From: Fibrobacterota bacterium
GTDB taxonomy: Bacteria; Fibrobacterota; Fibrobacteria; UBA11236
Assembly: GCA_023249635.1 (NCBI GenBank)
Contig: JAHFCH010000002.1
Coordinates: forward strand, 46,179-110,178
Length of the DNA stretch: 64,000 bases
Direction: 5' to 3'
The translations under genes were made by a program, and so were the position numbers. A model generated the notes under the pieces. That model searched no databases. It was given only the letters and a program-made list of their open reading frames with translations, and was not told the DNA's origin. This document shows, in pieces, positions 19,332-29,816 of this stretch. The first letter of the stretch is position 1, and the number at the start of each line of letters is the position of its first letter.

Positions 19332-19878
19332 CCAAGGGAGCCAGCATCGCCAGAAACAGGGCGGCGAACAGTCCGGGCACGTAGACCATGCCCCAGGCCC
19401 AGCGGCTCCAGTGCGCGGCGGCGTGGATGGTCAACACCGCATGCAAGAGCAACCAGATGGGCAATTGCAGGCTGAGCAACCGGAAGAACTCCGCCCATTG
19501 CGCCTGCCCGATTTCCGGATTCATGGCCGACAACTTATCCAGGCCGACGTATTTCACCGCCGCGTCCAGCATCATCGCCTTGTGGAAGAAATGCCAAGCG
19601 ACCAGCATGGCCAGCGCCAGGGCGATGTTCGCCACCGCTCCGTGGATCTTGAAGAAGAAGTCGTCATCGGTGCGCAGGGAGATGATTATGAAAATCACCA
19701 GGATGCCGAAGGGTACCAGGGTAAGGTAGTCCAGTCCGGCCACGGCCAGGCTATAGCCGGCTTCAAAAGCGCCCAACGCCAATGCGCCCCATAGGGCCTG
19801 ACGCGCATTGCCGCGCGCCCCCAGCAGCAGGAATCCCAGTACGGGAAGAAAACTGAAAAGCGCCAAACTCGAATTCAT
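19312..19878 (-). CDS. Inner-membrane protein, YciB/IspZ-like
   Basis: About five TM helices; DDDFFFKI and WSRWAW motifs resemble YciB. Confidence 0.65.
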   Translation of the reverse strand: MNSSLALFSFLPVLGFLLLGARGNARQALWGALALGAFEAGYSLAVAGLDYLTLVPFGILVIFIIISLRTDDDFFFKIHGAVANIALALAMLVAWHFFHKAMMLDAAVKYVGLDKLSAMNPEIGQAQWAEFFRLLSLQLPIWLLLHAVLTIHAAAHWSRWAWGMVYVPGLFAALFLAMLAPLVTALGP

Positions 19879-20056
19879 GTGCCTGCTTACGTTCCGGAAA
19901 CCGGTCCAATATAACAGCAATCGGCACCCCAGACCCTTCGCAGGGGTCAACGCGTTCAATGCCCAACGCGCAAAATCGGATATCCGCCCAAAGTTGCTAT
20001 TTTATACCTCCCCCTGCCCGGCGACCAAGCCGGTATGAGGACTCGCGGAGATTGCC

Positions 20057-20908
20057 ATGGTCAAGCCTTCCAAATCGGTCAAGATTGCCACCCCCATCAA
20101 CGGTTCGATGACCTCCATCGCCGACGTGCAGAATCTCGAAGATACGCGTCGTATCGATATCGACAAGGTGGGCATCAAGTCCATCCGCCATCCCGTGCGC
20201 GTCAAGGATCGCTCGGGAGGCGAGCAGCACACCATCGCCAATTTCAACATGTACGTGTACCTGCCCCACAACTTCAAGGGCACCCACATGTCCCGCTTCG
20301 TGGAAATCCTCAACGACCGCGAAAAGGAAATCACCGTGGAGTCGTTCAAAGAAATGCTGCCGGAGATGACCGAGAAGCTCAACTCCGAGGCGGGTAGCAT
20401 CGAGATGACCTTCCCGTATTTCGTGAACAAGGCCGCGCCGGTTTCGGGCGTCAAGAGCCTGATGGACTATGAGGTGACATTCAAGGGAGAGATCAGCGAA
20501 GGCAAGGCCTGCATGGAGCTGAAGGTGGTGGTGCCGGTGACGAGCTTGTGCCCCTGCTCCAAGAAGATTTCCGACTATGGCGCGCACAACCAACGATCCC
20601 ACGTGACGGTCAAGGCCCGTATCGCCCCCGGCAAGCATTTCGTTTGGATCGAGGACATCATCGACCTGGTCGAGTCGGTGGCCTCGTGCCAATTGTACGG
20701 GCTATTGAAACGCCCGGACGAGAAGTACGTGACCGAGCGCGCCTACGATAATCCCAAGTTCGTGGAAGACATGGTGCGCGATACCGCGCATCTGCTGAAC
20801 ATTGACAAGCGGATTTCACAGTACGTGGTGGAGTCGGAGAATTTCGAGTCGATCCACAACCACTCGGCGTACGCGGTGATCGAGAAAGACAAAACGAAGA
20901 AGAAGTAG
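20057..20908 (+). CDS. folE2: GTP cyclohydrolase IB
   Basis: [65 protein letters not shown]. Confidence 0.97.
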   Translation: MVKPSKSVKIATPINGSMTSIADVQNLEDTRRIDIDKVGIKSIRHPVRVKDRSGGEQHTIANFNMYVYLPHNFKGTHMSRFVEILNDREKEITVESFKEMLPEMTEKLNSEAGSIEMTFPYFVNKAAPVSGVKSLMDYEVTFKGEISEGKACMELKVVVPVTSLCPCSKKISDYGAHNQRSHVTVKARIAPGKHFVWIEDIIDLVESVASCQLYGLLKRPDEKYVTERAYDNPKFVEDMVRDTAHLLNIDKRISQYVVESENFESIHNHSAYAVIEKDKTKKK

Positions 20909-20995
20909 GCGGGGAAGGTTTAAGGTTTAAGGTCTAAGGGGCAGCAACTGATCTTCATTCCTTAAACCTTAGACCTTAAACCCCTCTTCCCCCGC
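20909..20995. repeat. Heptamer-built palindromic intergenic repeat, copy 2; probable bidirectional terminator
   Basis: GCGGGGAAG (GTTTAAG)2 GTCTAAG, spacer, CTTAAAC CTTAGAC CTTAAAC CCCTCTTCCCCCGC; lies between convergent genes. Confidence 0.85.
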
Positions 20996-20996
20996 A

Positions 20997-23948
20997 TCAA
21001 TCCCCCGACTTCGCTTCCACCGTAGCATCCAGCACTTCCCGCACCTTCGCGGATAACGCCGCCGGCGAGAACGGCTTTCCGATGAACGCCGCTTGCGCCG
21101 TATACACGCCGTGGCGGATGATGGCATCCTCGGTATACCCGGACATGAAAAGTACGCGCGTGGTCGGCCGTATGGCGCGCAGGCGCTCCGCGAGCTCGCG
21201 ACCGCTCATCCCCCCCATCACCACGTCCGTCAGCAGCAGATGGATTTCCTGGTCCTTGAACTTTTCCGCCACTTCCAGGGCCTGTTCCCCGCCCGGGGCT
21301 TCCAGCACGCGATAACCGCCCACCTCGAGCACATCGCGGGCCAGGTGGCGCACGGCATCCTCGTCTTCCACCAACAGGATGGTTTCGGTTCCGCCGGCCG
21401 AGCGCAGGGCGCGTTCCCGCAGGCGCACCGGATCCGGCCGCGAAGCCTTGGTGGCCGCGGGCAGGAAGATGGAGAAATCCGTGCCGCGCCCCGTTTTACT
21501 GTCCACGGTGATGGTGCCATTGGCCTGCTTGACCGCGCCGTAAACCGTGGATAATCCCAGCCCCGTCCCTTTGTCCTTCTGTTTGGTGGTGAAGAAGGGC
21601 TCGAAGAGGCGTGATTGGGTCTCCGCGTCCATGCCTGTCCCGGTATCGCGTACCGAGAGGGAAGCGTAATCGCCCACCGGCACGTCCAGGAAGGCCTGGG
21701 AACGCTCCTCTTCCAGGAGCCGGCGATTGCCGGTGATCAAGCGCAGCTCGCCCCCATCGGGCATGGCGTCGCGGGCATTGAGCACCAGGTTGAGAATCAC
21801 CTGTTCCATCTGGTTGGGATCGGCCACCACCTTGTGCAAGGCGGGATCGAGCGATGTGGACAGCGCCACATCCTCGCCTATCAGGCGGCGCAGCATGGTT
21901 TCCATGCCCGTGACCACGGCGTTGAGATCGAGCAGGCGCGGGGCCAGCACCTGCTTGCGGCTGAAGGAAAGCAACTGGCTCGTAAGGGCCGCGGCCCGAC
22001 CTCCCGCCTTGCGGATCTCCTCCAGGTGGGAACGGCGCCCGTCTTCCTTGCCGATGGACATGAGCAGCAGATCGCTGAATCCATTGATCGCGGTGAGCAG
22101 GTTGTTGAAATCGTGCGCGACGCCGCCGGCCAGGCGGCCTACGGCCTCCATCTTCTGGGATTGGCGCAGCTTCTCTTCGCTGGCCTTGAGCGCCTCTTCG
22201 GCGCGTTTGCGATCGTTGATGTTGCGGACGATGCCTTCGAAGTACGCGATCTCGCCGCTGTGGCGGCGGATGGGTTGGGCGTTGGCTTCCACCCATACCG
22301 TGGATCCGTCCTTACGGGTCAGTTCCACGGTAAAGGTTTCCTGGACTTCGGAACGCCCGGCCAATTCAGCGCCCGCGGGCAGGAGCAGCGGCTGGCGCGT
22401 CCCCAACAACTCGGCGCGATCCGCGTAGCCAAGCATGGAAACCAGGGCGGGGTTGGCGTCGAGCAGCGACCCGTCCGGGGCGCAGCGGTAGATACCGTCC
22501 AGGGATCGCTCGTATAAGGTGCGATGCTTTTCTTCGGAGCGGCGCAGATCGCGGTACAGGTGCATGGCACCGAGCGCCGAGGCAATGCGCGCCGAAATAT
22601 CCTTGAACATCGTGAAATCCTGGCCGAGCCACGGCTCCGCGTCCGGGGATCGCAGCAGGCAGAGGATCCACGGGCTGCCCACCTGGGGACGCATGGAAAT
22701 GGCTTTCAGCGAGCCTACCCCCAGGGTCTTGCGCCAGTAATCCTGGTTGGGAAGCGGGTGCTCGCGGCCGAAGACCACCGGGTCATCGCTTGCTATGCAA
22801 GCGCGTACCACTTCGGCGAATCCCGCCTCGACGGGTACCTGGTCCAGGACGGGAAGGGCGAGCGAGACGCCTGCCGGGGCAACGGTTTTCGGAGCCCGTT
22901 CCGCATAGAAGTGGATGCGGTATTCCGTATCTTCCTCGTCGGCGCGGATGAGCCAGGCCTGGCCGCAATCGAAAACCTCCAGCAGGCGCGCCAGCGAGGT
23001 GGGCAGCACGCGCTCCAGATCCATGGTGCGTTGCAGGGCGCCGGAAACGTGGTTCATCCCCTCGAGGTAACGCATATGTTTCGCCACCGAGGCTTCCGCC
23101 CTCCGCACTTCGGTGATATCGGTGAAGATGTTGATGGCGAGGCGCACCTTGCCCTCGCTATCGAACAGCGGGGCCGCATTTACCAGGGACCAGCGCTCTT
23201 CGCCCGTGGCCTTGACCCGATAGCAGATGATTTTCCCGGAAACCGTTTTCCCCAGCAAAGCTTCGCGGCCCGGTAACTGATCGTGGGGCAGAGGATTGCG
23301 ATCCGCATCCAGGATATCGAAGCGTTGCAGGATGCCGCGGGGATCCGTTTTCCGGAGCGCTTCCGCATCGGTAAAGCCCAGCAGGCGCGCGGCCGCGGCG
23401 TTGGCATATACGAGGTTGCCGGAAGCATCTTGGGCCGTGCAGGCGCTCTCCATGATCTCCAGCATGGCGGCCTGTTCCTCGCGCGTGCGCGCGAGTTGGA
23501 TGGCCGCTTGCTTGATGCCGGTAACGTCCTGGAGCATGAGTACGACCATGCCCTCGGCTCCCTGAGGACCCGGGATCGGCGAGGCCTTCACCATGGCCCA
23601 ATGGATTTCGCCGGTCGTCCGGCGGCGCAATCCCAGCATCTGGCCGGGCACGTTTTCACCCAGCAGGGCCCGCACGGCGGGCAGGCGATCATAGGGGAAG
23701 GGGGCCATGGACTCGTCTATAACGTCTACGCGCGCATGCGCTTCGCGCGTGGACGCGGACATGAATTCCCGCGCCGAGTCGTAAAAGCACAGGCGCGCGG
23801 CGGCTTCGTTGGCGTAGGCCTTGGAACCGTTGGGACGATAAGCGATGAAAGGGGAATCCAGTTGCTCAAGCAACGCGGCGAAACCGATTCCCGCCAGCTC
23901 GCTGGGAATCTCGGGTGTGTCTGCGGCGGATGGGGATTTCGATCCCAT
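20997..23948 (-). CDS. Hybrid sensor histidine kinase (PAS-PAS-GAF-PAS-HisKA-HATPase-REC)
   Basis: [49 protein letters not shown]...LLTDVVM...KPF. Confidence 0.95.
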   Translation of the reverse strand: MGSKSPSAADTPEIPSELAGIGFAALLEQLDSPFIAYRPNGSKAYANEAAARLCFYDSAREFMSASTREAHARVDVIDESMAPFPYDRLPAVRALLGENVPGQMLGLRRRTTGEIHWAMVKASPIPGPQGAEGMVVLMLQDVTGIKQAAIQLARTREEQAAMLEIMESACTAQDASGNLVYANAAAARLLGFTDAEALRKTDPRGILQRFDILDADRNPLPHDQLPGREALLGKTVSGKIICYRVKATGEERWSLVNAAPLFDSEGKVRLAINIFTDITEVRRAEASVAKHMRYLEGMNHVSGALQRTMDLERVLPTSLARLLEVFDCGQAWLIRADEEDTEYRIHFYAERAPKTVAPAGVSLALPVLDQVPVEAGFAEVVRACIASDDPVVFGREHPLPNQDYWRKTLGVGSLKAISMRPQVGSPWILCLLRSPDAEPWLGQDFTMFKDISARIASALGAMHLYRDLRRSEEKHRTLYERSLDGIYRCAPDGSLLDANPALVSMLGYADRAELLGTRQPLLLPAGAELAGRSEVQETFTVELTRKDGSTVWVEANAQPIRRHSGEIAYFEGIVRNINDRKRAEEALKASEEKLRQSQKMEAVGRLAGGVAHDFNNLLTAINGFSDLLLMSIGKEDGRRSHLEEIRKAGGRAAALTSQLLSFSRKQVLAPRLLDLNAVVTGMETMLRRLIGEDVALSTSLDPALHKVVADPNQMEQVILNLVLNARDAMPDGGELRLITGNRRLLEEERSQAFLDVPVGDYASLSVRDTGTGMDAETQSRLFEPFFTTKQKDKGTGLGLSTVYGAVKQANGTITVDSKTGRGTDFSIFLPAATKASRPDPVRLRERALRSAGGTETILLVEDEDAVRHLARDVLEVGGYRVLEAPGGEQALEVAEKFKDQEIHLLLTDVVMGGMSGRELAERLRAIRPTTRVLFMSGYTEDAIIRHGVYTAQAAFIGKPFSPAALSAKVREVLDATVEAKSGD

Positions 23949-24104
23949 TAACCCCTCGGATAAACATGTCTGTCGGCCGGATTTTCCCCAATATAGGCAA
24001 TTAGGGGGACGAAATGAAAAAATCTGGCGCAGCCTCCGGAACTACCAAGCATAGACAAAGGCTGATACGCTTGATACCTTTGCCACTCGCCTTGCAGGGA
24101 GCGC

Positions 24105-24390
24105 TCCGGGTAACCGGGGATACGCGGAATCGGCCATTGGCCGATTCCGCTAAAGCGGAAGTCCGAAGGACTATCGCTCGCATAACGAGGAATTCCGTGC
24201 GATTCGGAAGCGAGCTCGTCGCTGTAAGCGGTACGAAACTTCGGGGTTCTCAAGGTGCGTAACGAACGCGCGCGGGGAACCACCCACTGGAACGGCCCGG
24301 CAACGGGCGGCTTCCGGGAAGGGGAAGGAGTAGGCTGTCGGTGGGCTTTACAACCCCCGGCTGAACCCGCGAGCCAGAAGACTCACCTCA
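24105..24390 (+). ncRNA. Cobalamin (AdoCbl) riboswitch
   Basis: AACGAGGAATTCCGTGCGATTCGGAAGCGAGCTCGTCGCTGTAA core, CCACTGG...GGGAAGG, B12 box GAGCCAGAAGAC; upstream of a TonB-dependent receptor with cbi genes nearby. Confidence 0.88.
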
Positions 24391-24551
24391 AGGGATCTGA
24401 ATTGGCCTTCGCAGCCGAGGTCAACGGAAGCGGCGTTCCCCAGCGGGCGCCCATATTCCGTTTACCCCGATCGACAGCGCGCGATAGCCCCTTTCTTGAA
24501 CGCGAAGCGCCGGCCCAGATCCCGCGCGCCCGCGGCGAGGAGTCTCATACC

Positions 24552-26645
24552 ATGCCGTTCGCGCGGCTAACGCCGGCACGCATGCTCGGCAGCCTTGCTT
24601 GCGCGCTCGCGCTCGCCTCGCCCGACGCATGGCCCGCGGTCGATTCCCTGCCCGTTGTCCCGCCGCGAGCCGAAGCCCGCAACGACGACACTTTGGCGTT
24701 ACCCCTCGCCTCATCCCGGCCCGCTCCTCCGCCACCGGCGGCGGCCAAGGCGGTCATAGTCCCGGGCGACGTGGACCGGCAATTGGGCAACCTGGGCGAT
24801 ATGCTGCAGCGCCTCGCCGGCTTGCACGTATTGCGCACCGGGGGCATTGGTGATTGGCTGGGGGTTTCCGTATGGGGATCCTCGGAGTACCAGGTTAACC
24901 TCTATGTCGATGGGGTACTGCAGAACCAGGCCACCGATCCCTCTCTGTTCCTTTCCGATCGCGATCTTTCCGGGGTGGAACGCATCGAAGTGTACAAGGG
25001 GCTGGCCCCGGAGAACCTTCCGGGCGCCCCCATGGGCGGCGCCATCAACATCGTGACGCGAAGCGCCACCGAAGGAGCGGATGGGCGCGTAGCGTTGGGA
25101 GCCGGTTCCTTCGGGAGCTTGCGCGCCAATGGTTCCGCGGGTTGGGAACAAGGCCATTGGCGTGGCCGTGTCACGGCGGCACGGGAACAGGCCGACGGCG
25201 ACTTCCCCTACTACGACGACGATGGGACCGAATTCCTGCCGGGACGCTTTCCGAACGGCGCCCCGCGCCGGGGAGAAGGCGATCTGGTCCGGAAAATCCG
25301 GTCCAACAACGCGCACGGATATACCGATTTCACCGGCGACATCGCCTGGCGCCCGGCGCCGGCCTCCGAGGTCGGTTTAAGTGCCGAGGTCTCGCATCTG
25401 GACAAGCAGGTGCCGGCGCCTTTCCCCGACGTCGATTCCACCGTGCGCGTGGAAGCCTTCCGCGCTTCGGATCGCGCATCGGGACGGGCGCGGGCGCGCT
25501 GGGGCGCGGGTAACGCGGAAGCTACTGCCGACCTCTCCGGATCCTGGTTGCGCGATGTCTACGTGGATACCTCCAAAGCGGGCGGCGGCATCGGAGTCGG
25601 TTACGATAATGATCGCAACGCGTACGGAGACGGGCTGGCGTCGCTGTGGGGCCGCATCGATCTGGGCGGTGGTTGGTCGGTCTCGGCGCTGGCCGCCTAC
25701 GGGGTGGCCGCGTTCTTTTATACCGACCGGCTCGCGGATCGAACCTTCCCGGGACTGTTCCGTTGGACCGGGGAAGGTAAGCTTACGCCCTCATGGTCGC
25801 GGGGCCGCCACAGTATACAGGCCGTGTTGGGGAGCGTGATTACCCTGCAGGAACGTTCCGGCGGACCGCGCCTGGGGTACGCGGGGAAGACCCTGCCCGC
25901 ATCGGAACGCGACGCCAACGCCAACCTGCGCCTGGGATACCAGTATCGTATCCGCGAGGGGTGGTGGGCCTCGGCGCAAGCAGGCAACGCCTACCGGCTG
26001 CCCACCTTCCTGGAGAAGTACGGCGATCGCGGATCCGTTCTGGGAAATCCTTTGCTCAAGCCGGAATCGGGCCTGAACGGATCGGTGGGCCTGCACGGCG
26101 AAGGCCGGGGCTGGTCGGCCGAAACCCAGGCATTCGCCAGCGAAGGCCGGGACATCATCACCTTGGAACAGACCGCGCAGTTCACCCTGGTTTTCCGCAA
26201 TCTGGATCGGACGCGCATCCTGGGAGCCGAAGCGCGCTTCAACGCGACGCCGCGGCCCTGGACCCGCTCGGAGCTGGACCTCACTTTCCAACAGGCGGTG
26301 AACGCCACGCAGGGTTCTTCCGAGCAGGGAAAACTCCTCCCCTACCGACCGGTATCGCAGGCATCCGTGCGCCAGGTTTTCACGCGCGCGGGATGGACCC
26401 TGGCGGGCACCGGCTATTACCAGGGCCTCGCCTATCCCGGCGGCTCCAACATGCCGGGCATTTTCGATTCCTACAGCCATAACACCGATTGGCAGACGCG
26501 CTGCGATCTCGACCTCTCCTGGCGGGCGAGGCATCTCCTGCTGGCCGCCGGGGTGCGCAACGTTTTCGATCAGCACGCCTTTGACTTCTTCAACATCCCC
26601 TTACCGGGACGCAGCTTCGCCGCCACCGTGCAGGCCGAGCTATGA
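24552..26645 (+). CDS. TonB-dependent receptor, BtuB-like
   Basis: RBS GAGGAG; plug motifs LYVDGV, VERIEVYKG, GGAINIVT; YRLPTFLEKY, GNPLLKPE, GVRNVFD, PLPGRSF. Confidence 0.9.
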   Translation: MPFARLTPARMLGSLACALALASPDAWPAVDSLPVVPPRAEARNDDTLALPLASSRPAPPPPAAAKAVIVPGDVDRQLGNLGDMLQRLAGLHVLRTGGIGDWLGVSVWGSSEYQVNLYVDGVLQNQATDPSLFLSDRDLSGVERIEVYKGLAPENLPGAPMGGAINIVTRSATEGADGRVALGAGSFGSLRANGSAGWEQGHWRGRVTAAREQADGDFPYYDDDGTEFLPGRFPNGAPRRGEGDLVRKIRSNNAHGYTDFTGDIAWRPAPASEVGLSAEVSHLDKQVPAPFPDVDSTVRVEAFRASDRASGRARARWGAGNAEATADLSGSWLRDVYVDTSKAGGGIGVGYDNDRNAYGDGLASLWGRIDLGGGWSVSALAAYGVAAFFYTDRLADRTFPGLFRWTGEGKLTPSWSRGRHSIQAVLGSVITLQERSGGPRLGYAGKTLPASERDANANLRLGYQYRIREGWWASAQAGNAYRLPTFLEKYGDRGSVLGNPLLKPESGLNGSVGLHGEGRGWSAETQAFASEGRDIITLEQTAQFTLVFRNLDRTRILGAEARFNATPRPWTRSELDLTFQQAVNATQGSSEQGKLLPYRPVSQASVRQVFTRAGWTLAGTGYYQGLAYPGGSNMPGIFDSYSHNTDWQTRCDLDLSWRARHLLLAAGVRNVFDQHAFDFFNIPLPGRSFAATVQAEL

Positions 26646-26688
26646 TACCCGCACTGTAATCGCATATCACCCAACGAAAGGATCCCTT

Positions 26689-27801
26689 ATGAACGACTCC
26701 ATCCGGCATTTCCGAGCGCGACTGGCCGCCCTGGCGGCCTCAACGCTATGCTTCGCAGGTTGCATGACCGACGAAAAGCTCACCGAGACCGCGCCCGACA
26801 AGGGCTACGTATTCGCCGTGACTTCGGACGCCAAGTATAAAGAAGGCAATTATTCCGCGGTGGGCCTGGACAGCTCCTTCACGCGGACCAACATCGATCC
26901 CATCCACCCCGACGCGGCGGTCCGCTTTTTCGGCGGGGACGATATCTTCGTCATCAACCGACTGGGCCGCGACAATCTGCAGATCATCGACAAGCAGAAC
27001 CTGAAGACCGTGATGCAAGTGGGTTTCCCCAAGCTGAGCAATCCCTACGACGTGGCGATCAAGGATGGCCTGATCTACGTCGCGTTGTTCGCGAAGGATT
27101 CCATCCTCATCTACGATCAGAAGGATGGGAGCGAGAAGGGCGCCATCGACGTGCACGCTTACGCGGACTCAGATGGCTTCGCGGAAGCCACCGCCCTCAA
27201 GTTCGTCGGCGAGGATCTCTACGCCATCCTGGCGAACCTGGACAGCAAGGCGTATTATGCGCCGACCGCGAAATCCACCCTTGTCAAAATAGACGTGAAG
27301 GCCAAAAAGGTAGCCAAGGCCCTCGAGCTCTCCCTCGGCAATCCCGCGGGCATCACCTACGACGAAACCGCGGGCAAGCTGTACATCCCTTGTATCGGTA
27401 AGTACACGGAATCCGATTTCGTGACCCTGGTACTCGACGGCGGCATCCTCTCCGTCGACCTCGCGACCTTCGCGGAAGGGTCCATGCTCGCCACCGAAAA
27501 GGATCTCGGCGGCAACGTCGGCAAGACCTTGCTCTACCAGGGCAAGCTGCTATTCGACCTGGGCGTGGCGGACGGCGAGCGCATCCTCGCCTACGGCATC
27601 TCGGACAAACAGATCACCGATATCGTGAAGCTGAACCCGTACAAGGGAGGCGGAATGGCCGTCGACCCGGGAACGCGCACCTTGTGCATCGGGGACCGGA
27701 TGAAGGGATTGCGCCTCTTCAACCTGGAGGACTTCAAGGAAAAGACCGCCAGCAACATCGATTTGGGCCTTTTACCCAGCGATCTGGCCGTCATCCGCTG
27801 A
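26689..27801 (+). CDS. YncE/BtuG-like beta-propeller lipoprotein
   Basis: Lipobox FAGC; IFVINR..RDNLQIID, SNPYDVA, GNPAGI, LLPSDLAV blade motifs; follows the receptor. Confidence 0.75.
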   Translation: MNDSIRHFRARLAALAASTLCFAGCMTDEKLTETAPDKGYVFAVTSDAKYKEGNYSAVGLDSSFTRTNIDPIHPDAAVRFFGGDDIFVINRLGRDNLQIIDKQNLKTVMQVGFPKLSNPYDVAIKDGLIYVALFAKDSILIYDQKDGSEKGAIDVHAYADSDGFAEATALKFVGEDLYAILANLDSKAYYAPTAKSTLVKIDVKAKKVAKALELSLGNPAGITYDETAGKLYIPCIGKYTESDFVTLVLDGGILSVDLATFAEGSMLATEKDLGGNVGKTLLYQGKLLFDLGVADGERILAYGISDKQITDIVKLNPYKGGGMAVDPGTRTLCIGDRMKGLRLFNLEDFKEKTASNIDLGLLPSDLAVIR

Positions 27802-27873
27802 TCCTTCATCCTGTGCGTCCCCGGGATCGCTATCTCCTTTCCCCCGGGGTCTCCCGCACCGTAAAATAGGGCC

Positions 27874-29700
27874 ATGCTGCGCTTCGACTGGGAGTGGGAC
27901 TTGCGCGCGTCTCCGGACGCCTTGTGGCCCCTGGTCTCCGATACCGATCGGTTCAACCGCGACACCGGTCTGCCTGCCCTCGCCCTCAAAGGCGAGGGGA
28001 GCGAGCGCTTGCTGGGCTTCCGCAAATTCGGTTACCTCTTGCGCTGGCGCGAAGAACCGTTCGAGTGGGCGCGACCGGAACGCTTCGGCGTGGTGCGCCG
28101 GTACCTGGGCGGACCTTTGGCCGAGATGCGCGTCTCGGTGCGTTTGGAAGCCCAGGCTTCCGGGGGTACGCGCTTACGTTACGAGACCTGCCTGGAACCG
28201 CGCCATCCCGCTTCTGCGCCCATGGTCGCGCTGCTTTTCCCGCTGCTTTTCAAACGGCGCATCGCCGCGGTGCTGCGCGCCTACGATGCGACCGCGGCGC
28301 GCACCGCACCCGCCCGCATCGCTCCCGCGGAACGCACCTTCGCCAGCGGAGGCAAGGCCCGCTTGGCGGCGCGCTTCAAGACCCTGCTGGAGGCGGGCGC
28401 GAACCCGGCATTGGCGGCCCGCCTGCGCTTACTGCTCGAAGAGGCCGACGATTCCGAACTGGCCCGCATGCGTCCCTACTCCCTGGCGGAACGTTGGGAA
28501 GCCCAGCGCCGCGATGTGCTCGAGCTTTGCCTGCTGGCGGCGCGCGCCGGATTGCTCGATTTCCGTTGGGACCTGCTTTGCCCTTCCTGCCGGGGCGCGA
28601 AGGCCACCGCGGCCCATCTGCGCGATCTCAACGGCCCCGTCCATTGCGACGCTTGCAACATCGATTTCCGCGCCGCCTTCGATCGTAGCGTGGAAGTTAC
28701 CTTCGCCGCCAACCGGTCCATCCGGTCCGCCGAGACCGCCGAGTATTGCGTCGGGTCACCCCAGCGTACCCCGCACGTGCATTGCCGCCAGACCCTGGCG
28801 CCGGGCAAAGCCGCCACCGTGGATCTGGTCCTGGACGCCGGCCGCTACCGCCTGCGTTCCCCTTCCTTTCCCGGGGCCTGGCATATCCGCGTAGGCGGAG
28901 GCAACCGCGATGGCGAAGACCATCCCCATGCCGAGCCGCGCACCGCCGGTTGGCCCGAAGGCGAAGCCGCCTGGAGCCTGCGCCCGCGCCTGTCCCTGGC
29001 CAATCCCACCGGCGCTCCCGTGGTATTCGTGCTGGAGCGCAACGCCTGGGCGGACGATGCGGCCACGGCTGCCGAAGTGACCGCTTTGCAAAGTTTCCGC
29101 GATCTGTTCTCCGAGGAGGCCTTGCGGCCCGGCGAAGAGATTTCCGTCGGGAGCCTGACCTTCCTGTTCACCGATCTGCGCGGTTCCACGCGGCTGTACC
29201 GCGAAGCCGGCGATGCCCGGGCCTTCGGCCTGGTAATGGAGCATTTCGACATCCTCAAGTCGGCCATCGCTTCCGAAGGCGGCGGCGTGGTCAAGACCAT
29301 CGGCGACGCCGTGATGGCCGTATTCCCCAGGCCCCAGGCCGCCGTACGCGCCGCCCTGGCGGCCCACGCGCTGCTCGCCAAGGCGCAGCCCTCCCTGGTC
29401 CTCAAGGCCGGCGTGCATTGCGGGGCTTGCATCGCCGTCAACCAGAACGACCGGCTCGACTATTTCGGCTCGACCTTGAACCTCTCGGCGCGCCTGCTGG
29501 GCTTCTCCCAGGGGGGTGACCTGGTGGTTACGCGCGAAGTCGCCGAAGACCCGGAAACCGCGGCCTGGTTGTCCGAAAACGCCGAAATGCTTCGTGTTGA
29601 AGAAGTGAATACGGCGATTAGGGGATTTGAGCAGGAATCCTTCTCCCTTGCCCGTATAGCACCTACGCGGGCCATGCCTGTCAGGCTTGGAACCAAATAA
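27874..29700 (+). CDS. Class III adenylate cyclase with SRPBCC and DUF5939-like domains
   Basis: LWPLVSDTDRFN (SRPBCC); WDLLCPSC...HCDAC; FTDLRGST, VKTIGDAVMA, DYFG..NLSARL. Confidence 0.9.
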   Translation: MLRFDWEWDLRASPDALWPLVSDTDRFNRDTGLPALALKGEGSERLLGFRKFGYLLRWREEPFEWARPERFGVVRRYLGGPLAEMRVSVRLEAQASGGTRLRYETCLEPRHPASAPMVALLFPLLFKRRIAAVLRAYDATAARTAPARIAPAERTFASGGKARLAARFKTLLEAGANPALAARLRLLLEEADDSELARMRPYSLAERWEAQRRDVLELCLLAARAGLLDFRWDLLCPSCRGAKATAAHLRDLNGPVHCDACNIDFRAAFDRSVEVTFAANRSIRSAETAEYCVGSPQRTPHVHCRQTLAPGKAATVDLVLDAGRYRLRSPSFPGAWHIRVGGGNRDGEDHPHAEPRTAGWPEGEAAWSLRPRLSLANPTGAPVVFVLERNAWADDAATAAEVTALQSFRDLFSEEALRPGEEISVGSLTFLFTDLRGSTRLYREAGDARAFGLVMEHFDILKSAIASEGGGVVKTIGDAVMAVFPRPQAAVRAALAAHALLAKAQPSLVLKAGVHCGACIAVNQNDRLDYFGSTLNLSARLLGFSQGGDLVVTREVAEDPETAAWLSENAEMLRVEEVNTAIRGFEQESFSLARIAPTRAMPVRLGTK

Positions 29701-29816
29701 TCCGTTATTAATGCCAAAATACGGAAGATATCGGCTTGACCTTTATCTTATAGTAGGGACAGTAGGGGGATGGCCCGACGCGGTCCGGTTGGCGCGGACG
29801 GCCATCAGGTGCATAT

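Noticed and set aside
14451-20995. Heptamer repeats as a CRISPR array
   Set aside because: Units are 7 nt, tandem and inverted, with no repeat-spacer periodicity and no cas genes.
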